From UHGV virus genome UHGV-0286546: a stretch of DNA of 64,000 bases; one strand, written 5' to 3'. The position numbers were made by a program, and so were the translations under genes. The notes under the pieces were generated by a model. That model was not told the DNA's origin and searched no databases. It was given only the letters and a program-made list of their open reading frames with translations. Source of the DNA: a virus. Shown one piece after another: positions 17,200 to 27,376 of this stretch (within the stretch, counting starts at the first letter, position 1; each line of letters begins with the position of its first letter).

Positions 17200-17331
17200 T
17201 TTATTTTCCTCAGAGGGTGTTATAAATTTACCTAGAATAAACAAACTTTGATTTGGGATAAAACCTAATAATAATAAAGTTCTAATAATTAACTTGAAAT
17301 TTTACTTATATTTATTAGGACTTTATTTGTA

Positions 17332-20300
17332 ATGACAAAACATCCCGCAACTAATAAAAAAGATAAACGTACTCTTTTAATTGAAAATTCTGAATTTACT
17401 ACTAAGATTAAATTAGGTACGTCATTAAAAGAATCTCTTGAAATGTCTGCTGGTAAAAATGGTACGATGATAGTTAAAAATGTTCCATGTACTATTTTAA
17501 ATCGTGAGAATCAGAACGGTCGCGTTTATTCTACAGAAATAATGCAAGTTGCTATAAGTGAAGCAAAACAATTACATTTATTTGAACAGAAGCAACTCTT
17601 ATCACAAGCAGACGAACATCCAGAAGGTTCATTTGTTGCTCCTTCACACGCTTCACACGTTGTTATCAATGCCTATATTAAACCAAATGTAAAAATTGTT
17701 GTTGAAGGTGCAGAAGAACAGCATGACGTTTTGTTTATGGATTGGGAAGTTTTAAATACGCAAGAAGGTAAAAATTTAAGAGCCTTATTGGAAGCGGAGT
17801 GTTCAATTGGTACATCTATTCGAGGTGTCGGTGATCTCAAAGGAAAAAGTGTTGAGAATTATTCAATTTTGGGTGTAGACATTGTTGGTAATCCGTCTTC
17901 TAGTACTTATACACGTATGCCAGTATCTGAGTCAGTAAAAGTAGAAGTTAAAGATCCTAGAGATTTGAAAGAAACGTTTACAGTTAGTACTTCTTCTACT
18001 AATGTTGTGCGTGATTTGGAAGCAGCTGCGCGTATTCAAGAGCAGTTAGATTCGATTGGGTATGGTACAGTAACAAAAACTTCTACAAAGGTTGATGAAG
18101 AAACAGATCCTAAAACCGGTGCACAGACATCTATTACTACATTGGAAGCAGAAACGAGTGATGATGTAGCAGATTTGGATCAAGCTTTAATGATGGCTAA
18201 GAATGCGATGCTAAATGGAACAGTTAATGTAGATAGTATTACAATTGAGAATATTAAAGAAGAAGAACCTAAAGAATCTGCTCCAATTAAAGATGAGAAA
18301 GAATTGAAAGAAGAAGATCGTGATAATGACGAAGAGCGTTATGGTAAATGTTCTTGGTGTGGTGAAGAATTTCCGTTATCTGATTTGAAAAAAGAAAAAA
18401 ATTTAGGATACGTATGTAATCATTGTGCGAAAGGAATCGAATCTCGCGAAGGTCCATTATCTTGGGAAAATGAATATGTACCCGAATCTACTATGAATGA
18501 AGGTGTTGATAAGCTGAAAGATGCTATTTCTGCTATTATGTATAATGAAGGATTGACACTTGAACAGGCTTGTCGTAAATTCTGTGAACAGCATGAAAAT
18601 ATTCCATATGAGTACGTATTGGAGTATATGAGACCTACTGTAACAGAAGCTAAAGAAGAAAATAAAGAAAATCCTAATGCAGGTAAAAAGTTTGTATTAA
18701 AGACGCCTGCTGGTTTTGTTGCTATGGATGGTAATGCATTGGTATTTAAGGATGATCCGAAAGAAGCATTACATTTTATAGTAGGTAAAGAAGAATCAGG
18801 TTTAGTCCATTTATCTGGTGTTGAAAAAATCTTAGATACAATGGGTGTATATGATGTTGAAAAATATTATAGAAAAGAAGTAACAGATATTAGTGCCCCT
18901 GAAGAAGAAAATGGCGTAGAACCTGTTGAAGAGGGATTATTAGGTGGTACAGTAGGTGCAGCTGCTGGTGGTGCTATTGGTGGTGCTGTTGCTGGTCCAT
19001 TGGGTGCATTATCTGGTGCTGCTTCTGGATATAGTTTAGGAAGTAATATTGGTGATGATTTGTCTTCCGATGATAAGCAAGAATCGACATTAGAAGAAGG
19101 TGATAGTAAATTCAGTGCTAAAATTAAAATGACAAAAGAAGATGGTACTGAATCTAATGAAGAATTACCGATTACCAGTACAGAAATGAGCTCAGTATTA
19201 AATGAAGTAGCTAATCACTGGAAACAAAAGTCTGAATCTGGTAAAGGAAGAGTAGATATTATGGTTGTTGATAATACTACGGGTCAATCCTTTATGTATA
19301 ACCCGCAATCTAATTCATTGGATCCGATTCAGCAACAAGTTCAGCAAGAAGCCTTCAGTGGTCAGGATGCAGTAGAACAGAATAATAATACTTTATCTGT
19401 TAAAGTCGATGATAACAATACTGTTGCTAAAGAGTTTGATAATCCAGTACAAGCAAGCGTTGCAAAAGCTGGTTTAGAACAAGGTAAGCTCGACGGTAAT
19501 GTAATGATGAGCGAAGCCGGAGATCCAATTGGCGTAGATTTAACTACAGACCAAACCTATAATGGTAAATTAGGACCTGTTCCATATACACTTTGGTTTA
19601 AATGTACTGATAATAACTTTGATTTATTAGATAATGATTTGAAAAAGTTATACGATAAGAGAGTAATTTGGAACTGGAATCAACATAGTAGCATGCCGAA
19701 TGTATTATATGTAACCGGTTTAAATGAACAAGATTGTAATAGACTTTTAAATAATTTGCGTAAAATGGGAAACAAATTAGTCGGTGAAGATTTTATGCAA
19801 GTTAAAGATGAAAGTGTTAAAGAAGCTGATTCAGAAAAAAATATCGATAAAACAAATAACCGTTATGAAGATGTTGTTCCTGGTTGGTATGCTGCAGCAG
19901 AAGGAATCGGTGTTACTGGTCCGTTTGCAAGTGAAGAAGAAGCATGGCGTGGATTAGAAGATGTACGTGATTATGTAACAGTTGAATACATTGATCCTGC
20001 AGAATTAGAAGAGAAATTATATAAAAATCCTTCTGAACCTTCTGATCCTTACGTTGATGCTCCTTTAAATGATAGTACAGAATCAATGAAAGAAGAAAAA
20101 GTTAAAGTTGTACTGTCAGACCTTAACTGGGACGAACAAGGATTAGTAGACAGTTATGATCCAGAAGCAAATGAATTCCATGAATATGTTAATAATTTAC
20201 CTGATACAATTACATTAGACATGGATACTAAAGAATTTGATAATGATGATCCTAATGCTGTTAAACAATCTATTTTAAATGCAGCTAAAAAGCGTGGATA

Positions 20301-20337
20301 TAATGTTGCTGACGCTGTAATTCAAAGTATAGAATAA
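17332..20337 (+). CDS. Large hypothetical protein (1001 aa) with a Gly/Ala-rich linker and a CxxC...CxxC zinc ribbon. Possibly a head or virion protein.
   Basis: GKCSWCGEEF...YVCNHCAKG zinc ribbon. GGTVGAAAGGAIGGAVAGPLGALSGAASGYSLGSNIG low-complexity linker. A TATAAATT element lies about 110 nt upstream. Confidence 0.55.
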   Translation: MTKHPATNKKDKRTLLIENSEFTTKIKLGTSLKESLEMSAGKNGTMIVKNVPCTILNRENQNGRVYSTEIMQVAISEAKQLHLFEQKQLLSQADEHPEGSFVAPSHASHVVINAYIKPNVKIVVEGAEEQHDVLFMDWEVLNTQEGKNLRALLEAECSIGTSIRGVGDLKGKSVENYSILGVDIVGNPSSSTYTRMPVSESVKVEVKDPRDLKETFTVSTSSTNVVRDLEAAARIQEQLDSIGYGTVTKTSTKVDEETDPKTGAQTSITTLEAETSDDVADLDQALMMAKNAMLNGTVNVDSITIENIKEEEPKESAPIKDEKELKEEDRDNDEERYGKCSWCGEEFPLSDLKKEKNLGYVCNHCAKGIESREGPLSWENEYVPESTMNEGVDKLKDAISAIMYNEGLTLEQACRKFCEQHENIPYEYVLEYMRPTVTEAKEENKENPNAGKKFVLKTPAGFVAMDGNALVFKDDPKEALHFIVGKEESGLVHLSGVEKILDTMGVYDVEKYYRKEVTDISAPEEENGVEPVEEGLLGGTVGAAAGGAIGGAVAGPLGALSGAASGYSLGSNIGDDLSSDDKQESTLEEGDSKFSAKIKMTKEDGTESNEELPITSTEMSSVLNEVANHWKQKSESGKGRVDIMVVDNTTGQSFMYNPQSNSLDPIQQQVQQEAFSGQDAVEQNNNTLSVKVDDNNTVAKEFDNPVQASVAKAGLEQGKLDGNVMMSEAGDPIGVDLTTDQTYNGKLGPVPYTLWFKCTDNNFDLLDNDLKKLYDKRVIWNWNQHSSMPNVLYVTGLNEQDCNRLLNNLRKMGNKLVGEDFMQVKDESVKEADSEKNIDKTNNRYEDVVPGWYAAAEGIGVTGPFASEEEAWRGLEDVRDYVTVEYIDPAELEEKLYKNPSEPSDPYVDAPLNDSTESMKEEKVKVVLSDLNWDEQGLVDSYDPEANEFHEYVNNLPDTITLDMDTKEFDNDDPNAVKQSILNAAKKRGYNVADAVIQSIE

Positions 20338-20364
20338 ATAAAGTAATAAATACAAATAATTACA

Positions 20365-20388
20365 GTTCTATATAAAGAAAATAGTTAA
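20365..20388 (+). promoter_or_regulatory. GTTCTA-box element (TACAGTTCTATATAAAGAAAATAGTTAAT).
   Basis: 64 nt upstream of ORF 20435. Confidence 0.35.
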
Positions 20389-20434
20389 TAAATACTAATT
20401 TTAAACGTCTAGATTATAAAATTGAGGTTAGAAC

Positions 20435-21154
20435 ATGATGACAAAAGAACAGATTTTGGCTGCTTTGAAAGAAAGTAATGCCTTAAACGTCAATAAAGCT
20501 GAAGATACAATTCAGAACATTGACAAAAAAGTAGTTGACGATTCTAAAGCCGCTGAAGGTATGGGTGCTGATCCGTTACCGACACAGAAAGAAGTCGAAA
20601 AAGTTGTTAATGCTGCAGAAGGTCCAATGATTCCGGTTGATAAAGACGGAATGTCAAAAGACGGCGGTGATGATAATCGTATGGAAGATGGTAAAGTCGA
20701 AGCTGAAAAGAAAAGAGAAGACAATGGCATGAAAGATGTTATTAATGTTTCTAGCCGTAAAGTTGAAGAAGCTACTGAAGTTAATAACGAATTGTTAGAT
20801 CAGTTGAAAGAAGCTGCTGAACGCGAAGAAAAATATAAAAACAAAATCAATGAAATTACTGCTCTGTGTGAAAAAGCTTTGAAGAATCAGTATGAAGCAT
20901 TGACTAAAGAACATGCAGCTGGTATGAAGACTGTATTTGAATCCGTTATTGCAGAAGGTGAAAAATTAGAGAAAGAGTTATCTGAAGCTGCTGCAAAAAA
21001 TGAAAAAATGTACAAAACAGCTAAAAAATTACATGAAAATTCTGCTAAATTGAGCAAAATTTTGTTAGAAGCTGTTAAGAAAGCTCAGCCAGAAAAACAA
21101 ATGACTCGTTACATGACAGCAAAAGCACGCGCTGTAGCTTCTCTGCGTAAATAG
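20435..21154 (+). CDS. Acidic alpha-helical or coiled-coil protein (scaffold-like).
   Basis: 239 aa, rich in E/K/A with a heptad-like composition. A GTTCTATATAAAG box lies 64 nt upstream. Confidence 0.45.
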   Translation: MMTKEQILAALKESNALNVNKAEDTIQNIDKKVVDDSKAAEGMGADPLPTQKEVEKVVNAAEGPMIPVDKDGMSKDGGDDNRMEDGKVEAEKKREDNGMKDVINVSSRKVEEATEVNNELLDQLKEAAEREEKYKNKINEITALCEKALKNQYEALTKEHAAGMKTVFESVIAEGEKLEKELSEAAAKNEKMYKTAKKLHENSAKLSKILLEAVKKAQPEKQMTRYMTAKARAVASLRK

Positions 21155-21188
21155 GTCATCGTTATTTCTCCTAACGTTGCAAAGTAGA

Positions 21189-21232
21189 AGGATCAGACTG
21201 AAAGGTTTGGTCCTCTTCTTTTGTTCTAAGTA
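21189..21232 (+). terminator. Weak candidate rho-independent terminator.
   Basis: AGGATC / GGTCCT 6-bp stem with one wobble pair, followed by CTTCTTTTGTT. It overlaps the GTTCTA box at 21223. Confidence 0.25.
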
Positions 21233-21238
21233 ATAAAG
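21223..21238 (+). promoter_or_regulatory. GTTCTA-box element (TGTTCTAAGTAATAAAGG).
   Basis: 21 nt upstream of the endolysin gene, immediately before its SD. Confidence 0.3.
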
Positions 21239-21249
21239 GAGGATAAATT

Positions 21250-21927
21250 ATGCTTGAATATATTATGTCTATTATTTTAAAACTATTTCACAAAGAAGAT
21301 AAGAAAATGTTAACTATAGAACAATTACATGAAATTAACGGTAAATTGAATAAAGCAGAATGTGAATATTATTTAAACGCATTAAATGAAGTATTACCCA
21401 AATATGAGATTAATACTAAATTACGGTTATGTCATTTCTTATCGCAAGTTATACATGAAAGTGGACATTTAAAATATAAAGTAGAAAATCTTAATTATTC
21501 AAGTAAAGCCTTAAGAAGTGTATTCTGTAAATATTTTAAGACAGATGCAGTAGCAAACGAATATGCGCGTAAACCAGAAAAAATTGCCAATAGAGTATAT
21601 GCTGACAGAATGGGTAATGGTAACGAAGCAAGTGGTGAAGGTTGGAAATATCGTGGACGTGGATTATTACAACTCACTGGTAAATGTAATTATAAAGAAT
21701 GTGGTGAGTATTTAGGACTCGATTTGGTAAATAATCCTGATTTAATTTGTGATGATCCTAAAGTAAATATAATGAGTGCTTGCTGGTATTGGCAGAAAAA
21801 CAAATTAAACGAGTTAGCCGATAAAGATGATTGTAAAAGCTGTACTAAAAAGATAAACGGTGGCTTAAACGGATATGATGACAGAGCTAAAATATTATGT
21901 ACAGCAAAAAGTATTTTAAAGGATTAA
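21250..21927 (+). CDS. Endolysin, glycoside hydrolase family 19 (chitinase-like lysozyme).
   Basis: LCHFLSQVIHESGHL, YADRMGNGNEASGEGWKYRGRGLLQLTGKCNY and SACWYWQ match GH19 phage endolysin signatures. A strong SD (AAAGGAGGA) is present. Confidence 0.85.
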   Translation: MLEYIMSIILKLFHKEDKKMLTIEQLHEINGKLNKAECEYYLNALNEVLPKYEINTKLRLCHFLSQVIHESGHLKYKVENLNYSSKALRSVFCKYFKTDAVANEYARKPEKIANRVYADRMGNGNEASGEGWKYRGRGLLQLTGKCNYKECGEYLGLDLVNNPDLICDDPKVNIMSACWYWQKNKLNELADKDDCKSCTKKINGGLNGYDDRAKILCTAKSILKD

Positions 21928-22014
21928 TATATTAGAAATTTTTATGATACTTTTTAGATAATAGTTAGTATTCTATATAGTATAAGTTATGTTTTTATCA
22001 TAGGATTATAAAAA

Positions 22015-22470
22015 TTGAATAATATTAAACCAGATTTTTTAGATGAGATATTTACAGAAGAATGGTATAATGATGTTTCAAAAGCAGCAGATTTAGCATT
22101 AGAGCATTCTGAAAAATTAAATATGTCTGAAGATGAAGTAATAAGATATATCATTGATTATAACATCACTAAAAGATTACAAGAACAAGTTTTAGATACC
22201 CTAGTTAGTAAACTGCCAAAAGTAATTGATTGGAGAGGTATGAGTATTACAGAGGCATTTTTAGAATTTAAAGATATCATTGACAGTTGTAATATTTGTG
22301 ATAAATTTAAAACGTATAAAGCTCGTATAAATCTTAATTCAAATCAGCTGTTAAACGAGTTTTATATTTGGAAAGAATTAGTAAACAGTGATTATCCTAG
22401 ATTATTTGTGAGCATAACACCAACAAAAACAAAAAATACATATAAACTAGAAGTTAAGAAAATTAAATAA
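22015..22470 (+). CDS. Hypothetical protein (TTG start per the track; the start is uncertain).
   Basis: 151-aa ORF. A TATTCTATATAG element lies upstream. Confidence 0.4.
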   Translation: MNNIKPDFLDEIFTEEWYNDVSKAADLALEHSEKLNMSEDEVIRYIIDYNITKRLQEQVLDTLVSKLPKVIDWRGMSITEAFLEFKDIIDSCNICDKFKTYKARINLNSNQLLNEFYIWKELVNSDYPRLFVSITPTKTKNTYKLEVKKIK

Positions 22471-22672
22471 AGTAACTATTCTGTAATGGAATAAACAACT
22501 GATTAATAGATTCTGGGTTAAGTACAGTACGAATTACACCGCCTGGGATTCTTGTATACAACACATTAAATCCAAGTTCATTAAAATTACCATCGACTGA
22601 CTCAAACAGTTTTAATTTTTTGAGTTTGTCTTCGTCGATCTCAGTATAAATCTTCGTTTTCTTCTTAAACAT
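22463..22672 (-). CDS. Hypothetical small protein.
   Basis: 69-aa ORF convergent with the upstream plus gene, overlapping its end by 8 nt. Confidence 0.35.
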   Translation of the reverse strand: MFKKKTKIYTEIDEDKLKKLKLFESVDGNFNELGFNVLYTRIPGGVIRTVLNPESINQLFIPLQNSYFI

Positions 22673-22675
22673 AAC

Positions 22676-22933
22676 TTAATAAAATTTACTATTAAACGTA
22701 CTTGTAATATAATCAACAATATTCGGAAATTCTAATACATCTTTATCCGACAGAATTAATTTTTTCTTATCAAAAGTGAGAATATTGTTATCAAGAGTAT
22801 ACTTTTTAGCAATAAACTCTTTAATTTCATTTAGAGAAAGATACATTTGCTTTTTATTTGAAGTAATAATTTTAATACCGGTTTCATCTAAATTAATTAT
22901 GCGCATTATTGCTTTCTCCTTTTGTTTTTCCAA
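22676..22933 (-). CDS. Hypothetical small protein.
   Basis: 85-aa ORF. An SD-like GGAGAAAGCAATAATG lies upstream on the minus strand. Confidence 0.4.
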   Translation of the reverse strand: MEKQKEKAIMRIINLDETGIKIITSNKKQMYLSLNEIKEFIAKKYTLDNNILTFDKKKLILSDKDVLEFPNIVDYITSTFNSKFY

Positions 22934-23075
22934 TGAAAGTATGCTATTATATTAGAATTCAAAAGTAAAGCCTCAAACTTCCATTATTGGAAAATATTTT
23001 TCAGTAGAAAAGAAAAATATGAAAATTCTTTAATACATGTTTATAAAAAAGTAAAAAGTATTGAGGTAAATAAAA

Positions 23076-25433
23076 ATGGTATTGAGACCTTTGAAAGTTC
23101 GTATTAGAAAAGATAAAATTACATCTCTTGATGATATTAATGAAAAAGTAAAAGAAGAAGTAAAAACTGAAGAACTTGCCCCTTTCAAAAATTTAACTTT
23201 CAGATTTGATATGCTTTGCAGTGAGACCACCCACGCTCAGTTATCAGAAGAAGAATGTGTAAAAGCAGGTAGTATCGATTTTAATCTGTGTGAATATGAA
23301 AGATTAAAATTGTTAATGTACAACTATAATTATAAGAAAAACTTAATTAAAAATGCAAAAGAAAAGAATGCTTGGTCATATATAGATGATATAATTTCGT
23401 ATTTAAGTATGTTTGATTCAGCATATTTTACTGAGCTTAAATTCTTAAAAAAATATAGAATTTATTATGTTGAAAAGGAAATCAATAAATTACCTTCAAT
23501 TAAAGCATACTTAAAAAAATTTGAAAACGGTTATACGTATCCTCAATTAAATATAAAACTATTGAGACGTGACAAAGACTTTATGGGGATTATAGAAAAA
23601 GCAGTTAAAGAATCAAGTAAAGAATTAACTAAATACTTTAAACAAAAATTAGCTGAAAATCCAAAAAAATCAATCTGTACTCAAAATGTTCATTGGTATT
23701 TAGATCTTGTCTGCAAAGATAATAAAAAAATAAAAGATCTTGCAGAATTACATTTTTTACTCAGCAATTCTTCTTTTTATAACAGGCTTTACGGAGGAAG
23801 AAATCTATCTGATTGTCTTAAAAGATTAGATTATAAAGATATGCCTTTGTCAGAAATCGTTAAATATTCAAATACTATTTTTTTAATACAGTCAGATAAA
23901 GCAGATTTATCAGAAGCAACGTTATTTTTAATACGTGTTATTTTAATTTCTTGCTCGAGGGGGTATAAAACTAAAGAAGAATTAATTAATAGTTTTATCC
24001 CAAAAGGTAAGAAAACGGATTTGACCTCGAAAGACTTCTATTATGTTAAACAATATGAGTATATAAAATCAATCCTGAATAACGCAATTAAGAAAAACAG
24101 TAAAGGTATAAATATTTTAATTTATGGTGCTCCGGGAGGCGGAAAAACAGCCTTATCTCGCGTGTTAATTGATGACTTGAAGGTTGAACGCTATGAAATA
24201 CCAAATGATGCCGAAATTGATAATGATGTAGATGCTGTTCAAAAAGAAACAGTACTAGGTAATGAAGGTAGGATTGTTAGATTCAAACTTATTTCAGATA
24301 TGTTAAAAGAAAACAAGAATTGTGCACTGTTATACGATGAAGCAGAAGACTTTTTCAGAAAAAACGATAATAAGAGTCAATCTAAAGCAGCAGTAAACAA
24401 ATTCTTAGAAGATAATCCAAATCCTGTTATCTGGACTACAAACTCACTTGGTTGTATGGAAGAATCATATCTTAGACGCTTTACTTATGTCTTAAATATT
24501 GATAATCTCCCAAAAGATGTATATAATAATGTCTTAATTAAACTCTGTAATAAATATAAACTAGAGCTTCCTGAAGATATTAAAAACTTATACCTCGAAT
24601 ATAGACCTAATTTCGGTATTGTTGAAAAAACTTTCAATAATTTTAATCTGTCAGAAAGTAAAGACATTAATTTACTTAAACAAGATTTAATGGATTCTCT
24701 CCAGGGCTTTAATTTTGGATATAGTGTTAAAAAATTACCTGTAAATAACTTTAAATTTAATCCAGAATTAATTAATGCGAGTGAAAATTTAATAGATCTT
24801 ACAAAAAATATTAAACAAGCAGGCAGATTGGATTTTTCTATGCTATTATGGGGTGTACCTGGCTCAAGTAAAACTTCATATGCTCGCTACCTTGCTGAAG
24901 AATTAGGATTAACAGTAATAAATAAAAATTATACTGAACTGTCTTCTATGTGGGTAGGTGAAACTGAAAAAAATATCGCAAATCTATTCGCACAAGCAGA
25001 ACAGGAAAAAGCTATGATTATACTTGATGAAGCAGATGTATTACTCCAGGATCGAAAAAAGTCCTTTAGAAGCTGGGAAATAACACAAACTGAAGCATTA
25101 TTAACAGCAATGGAATTTCATCCTTATCCATTTATTATGACAACTAATCTATACGAAAATTTAGATGCAGCTGTTATGAGAAGAATACTTTATAAAGTAA
25201 AACATGACTATTTAACTAAGGATCAAATCAAACTCGCATTTAAACATTTCTTCGATTTAGATATAACAGAAAACTTATATTTATCTAGACTTACTTCTGG
25301 TGATTTTGCTGTAATTAAAAAACAAGCAGAATATCAAGGTAAAATGAAAGATAAAGAATGGTTAATACAAAAACTAACTGAAGAAATGAATCAAAAGAAA
25401 ATGACAAATGTGAGTAAAACTATTGTAATGTAA
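23076..25433 (+). CDS. Tandem (type II) AAA+ ATPase with an N-terminal domain of about 330 aa. The second module is classic-clade AAA.
   Basis: D1 has Walker A LIYGAPGGGKTALS and Walker B ALLYDEAEDF. D2 has Walker A LLWGVPGSSKTSYARYLAEELGL, the classic-AAA signature SSMWVGETEKNIANLF, Walker B AMIILDEADVLL, sensor-1 MTTN and an arginine finger AAVMRR. Confidence 0.8.
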   Translation: MVLRPLKVRIRKDKITSLDDINEKVKEEVKTEELAPFKNLTFRFDMLCSETTHAQLSEEECVKAGSIDFNLCEYERLKLLMYNYNYKKNLIKNAKEKNAWSYIDDIISYLSMFDSAYFTELKFLKKYRIYYVEKEINKLPSIKAYLKKFENGYTYPQLNIKLLRRDKDFMGIIEKAVKESSKELTKYFKQKLAENPKKSICTQNVHWYLDLVCKDNKKIKDLAELHFLLSNSSFYNRLYGGRNLSDCLKRLDYKDMPLSEIVKYSNTIFLIQSDKADLSEATLFLIRVILISCSRGYKTKEELINSFIPKGKKTDLTSKDFYYVKQYEYIKSILNNAIKKNSKGINILIYGAPGGGKTALSRVLIDDLKVERYEIPNDAEIDNDVDAVQKETVLGNEGRIVRFKLISDMLKENKNCALLYDEAEDFFRKNDNKSQSKAAVNKFLEDNPNPVIWTTNSLGCMEESYLRRFTYVLNIDNLPKDVYNNVLIKLCNKYKLELPEDIKNLYLEYRPNFGIVEKTFNNFNLSESKDINLLKQDLMDSLQGFNFGYSVKKLPVNNFKFNPELINASENLIDLTKNIKQAGRLDFSMLLWGVPGSSKTSYARYLAEELGLTVINKNYTELSSMWVGETEKNIANLFAQAEQEKAMIILDEADVLLQDRKKSFRSWEITQTEALLTAMEFHPYPFIMTTNLYENLDAAVMRRILYKVKHDYLTKDQIKLAFKHFFDLDITENLYLSRLTSGDFAVIKKQAEYQGKMKDKEWLIQKLTEEMNQKKMTNVSKTIVM

Positions 25434-25438
25434 TTAAG

Positions 25439-25469
25439 AAAAGCTCCCGTAAAAAGGAGCTTTCTTTTT
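25439..25469. terminator. Bidirectional rho-independent terminator between convergent genes.
   Basis: GAAAGCTCC / GGAGCTTTC perfect 9-bp stem, loop CGTAAAAA, then TTTTT on the plus strand. It lies 6 nt after the AAA+ gene stop and 26 nt after the minus-strand gene end. Confidence 0.7.
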
Positions 25470-25494
25470 AATATTTTTATATCCAACTAAAAAC

Positions 25495-25869
25495 CTAAAC
25501 TTCAGCTGATACTTCCTCAACAATATATGGATTCTCGGCTCTAATCTTGTCCTTACTCTCTAACCAAGCTACTTTAAGCTCCTCAACATTATCTGCATCT
25601 CTTGCAACAGCTTCGAGATAGTCATTACGAAGCTTATCAGAGGTTTGAATATAGAGCTGTTCACGGGTTGCACGGATAGCTTCATTCTGCTCGGCAATAG
25701 TCGGCTCAGGTTTTTCAGGAGCATAGCCAGATAAGTACCAAGAACCGTCATAAGCCTGTTCAACTTCCATTTTAACCATTCCGATAGATTGATAATAAGC
25801 AGAATTTGTGCCAGTACCAACTTCACAAAGCTTGGTTTCTTCATTTATTACTTTTGCATATTTTTTCAT
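25495..25869 (-). CDS. Putative tail fiber assembly chaperone-like protein (paralog of 27423..27809).
   Basis: 124 aa. Shares an EKPxPTxxE...ENPY(I/P) core with 27423..27809. Both sit immediately downstream of a fiber gene. Confidence 0.45.
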   Translation of the reverse strand: MKKYAKVINEETKLCEVGTGTNSAYYQSIGMVKMEVEQAYDGSWYLSGYAPEKPEPTIAEQNEAIRATREQLYIQTSDKLRNDYLEAVARDADNVEELKVAWLESKDKIRAENPYIVEEVSAEV

Positions 25870-25879
25870 TTTAGTTTAC

Positions 25880-27376
25880 TCATTTACAAGGATAGAAAGT
25901 CATTTTGTTAAAATTAGTCCAAGAAATTACATCGCCTTTAGCAACAGCATACTCAAATCCAGCTGACTGGCCGCTTAGATACTTTGCTCCGGTTGAATTG
26001 TTATAAATCACAATACCATTAATTGTTAGGCTTCGTACTCCGTTATCTGAAAGATTATGAATACCAATTATAAAACCAGATTTTGTGGCTGTATAAGGCG
26101 AAGCCATTGAAACCCCTGCTGTATAATCAGGCATACCCCAACCAACAATGTTTGCTTTTCCCGCTGCGCTTACATTATCCAGAGCAACATTAGCTTTACT
26201 TGTTAAATCAACAGTTCCCCAACTCGCCGTTGTTCCGTTTGTTGTTAGGAATTTACCGCTCTGCCCTGACTGACTCGGTAGGCTGTCTTTAGCATCAATA
26301 GCAGTTTTAACAGCCTTGTTGCTAGGGTACTTTGTTGTGCTATCATCAAGAGTCTGTGAGAGGTTTGAGATGTCCTGTTTGCCGTTTAATTCACGAGCAT
26401 AGTCATTCCAATCCACAGCGTGAAACGGAAGCCCGATTGTTAATTTGGTAATAGGATATGGAGATGTTGCACTTGTAAACCATTGACCGATGTAACAAGG
26501 GAAATTGTCTTTCCAAAAAAGATTACCATTTGAGTCTAAATCACACCGATAAACCTTGTTTTCTGAAGGTTTATACCATATATTATAACGAACCAAAGAA
26601 GGTTCATTTTCTTGTTGATAGATTTGACCTAGACTACCAGTGCTTATAAATTGAATGCTACCATTTTGTGTATATTTTCCAATAAACAACTCTTGACCGC
26701 CAGAATTGTTCCAAGTAATTGTTCGAGTTACAACTTTATCAAGTGTAAGTTCAATATTCTTCAAACTACCGTCAGCATTTCTACCATTCGGAATAAGTCC
26801 TTTAACCCCTGGCAAAGAAAACGCGGTCGAACCGATATAACCAAAGCCGTTAAATACTTGGTCGATGGAGGTAACACCTGTTCCATTTGTTATCATAACA
26901 ATAGCTAAAGGCAAACACCATCCTGATTGCCAAGTAGAACCACTATCAGTTGTATATTTAACATAGTTGTTAGCCGTATCATACCAGAACATATACGGCT
27001 GTCCACTAGGAGCTGTACTTCCACTATATTGCTGTGTATCTAATGAAAGTAATTGTATTGTGTTATTCGGTAATACACAAAGAATATGTTTTGAAGAAGC
27101 ATAACTTGATGGAGAAATTTGCATATCACTTGTAATTGTAGCAGTATCAAATACCCCACTTCCATTCGGCACATAAACCTTACTACCGGCTTTTAACGTC
27201 AGAGTACCATTATTCAACTCAAGTTTAATGTCCTGTGGAATTTCCGTAATGCAGTTGGTGATTTGAGAAGTATTAAGAGTGTTATCCCATACATTAGGTA
27301 CAGTATTCCACAGATCTCTATCAGCTTTATCGTTTATTTGTTCAGCCAATTTTCCTAAATCTATATCTTGAGTCAT
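25880..27376 (-). CDS. Tail fiber / receptor-binding protein.
   Basis: 498 aa, Ser/Thr/Asn/Gly-rich and beta-type in composition. The C-terminal block ANVALDNVSAAGKANI is shared with ORF 27809..29146. An AAAGGGA SD is present. Confidence 0.55.
   Translation of the reverse strand: MTQDIDLGKLAEQINDKADRDLWNTVPNVWDNTLNTSQITNCITEIPQDIKLELNNGTLTLKAGSKVYVPNGSGVFDTATITSDMQISPSSYASSKHILCVLPNNTIQLLSLDTQQYSGSTAPSGQPYMFWYDTANNYVKYTTDSGSTWQSGWCLPLAIVMITNGTGVTSIDQVFNGFGYIGSTAFSLPGVKGLIPNGRNADGSLKNIELTLDKVVTRTITWNNSGGQELFIGKYTQNGSIQFISTGSLGQIYQQENEPSLVRYNIWYKPSENKVYRCDLDSNGNLFWKDNFPCYIGQWFTSATSPYPITKLTIGLPFHAVDWNDYARELNGKQDISNLSQTLDDSTTKYPSNKAVKTAIDAKDSLPSQSGQSGKFLTTNGTTASWGTVDLTSKANVALDNVSAAGKANIVGWGMPDYTAGVSMASPYTATKSGFIIGIHNLSDNGVRSLTINGIVIYNNSTGAKYLSGQSAGFEYAVAKGDVISWTNFNKMTFYPCK

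Noticed and set aside
17221-17240. T4-type late promoter TATAAATA as the general late promoter of this phage.
   Set aside because: Only isolated TATAAAT(T) occurrences were seen, for example upstream of 17332. They are not systematically placed before late genes. The GTTCTA-box element recurs far more consistently.
23076-25433. AAA+ ATPase as a ClpX/ClpA-type partner of the phage ClpP.
   Set aside because: No ClpP-docking IGF/LGF-type loop was found. The D2 module is classic-clade AAA rather than HCLR-clade. The genes are about 23 kb apart. Kept only as speculation.
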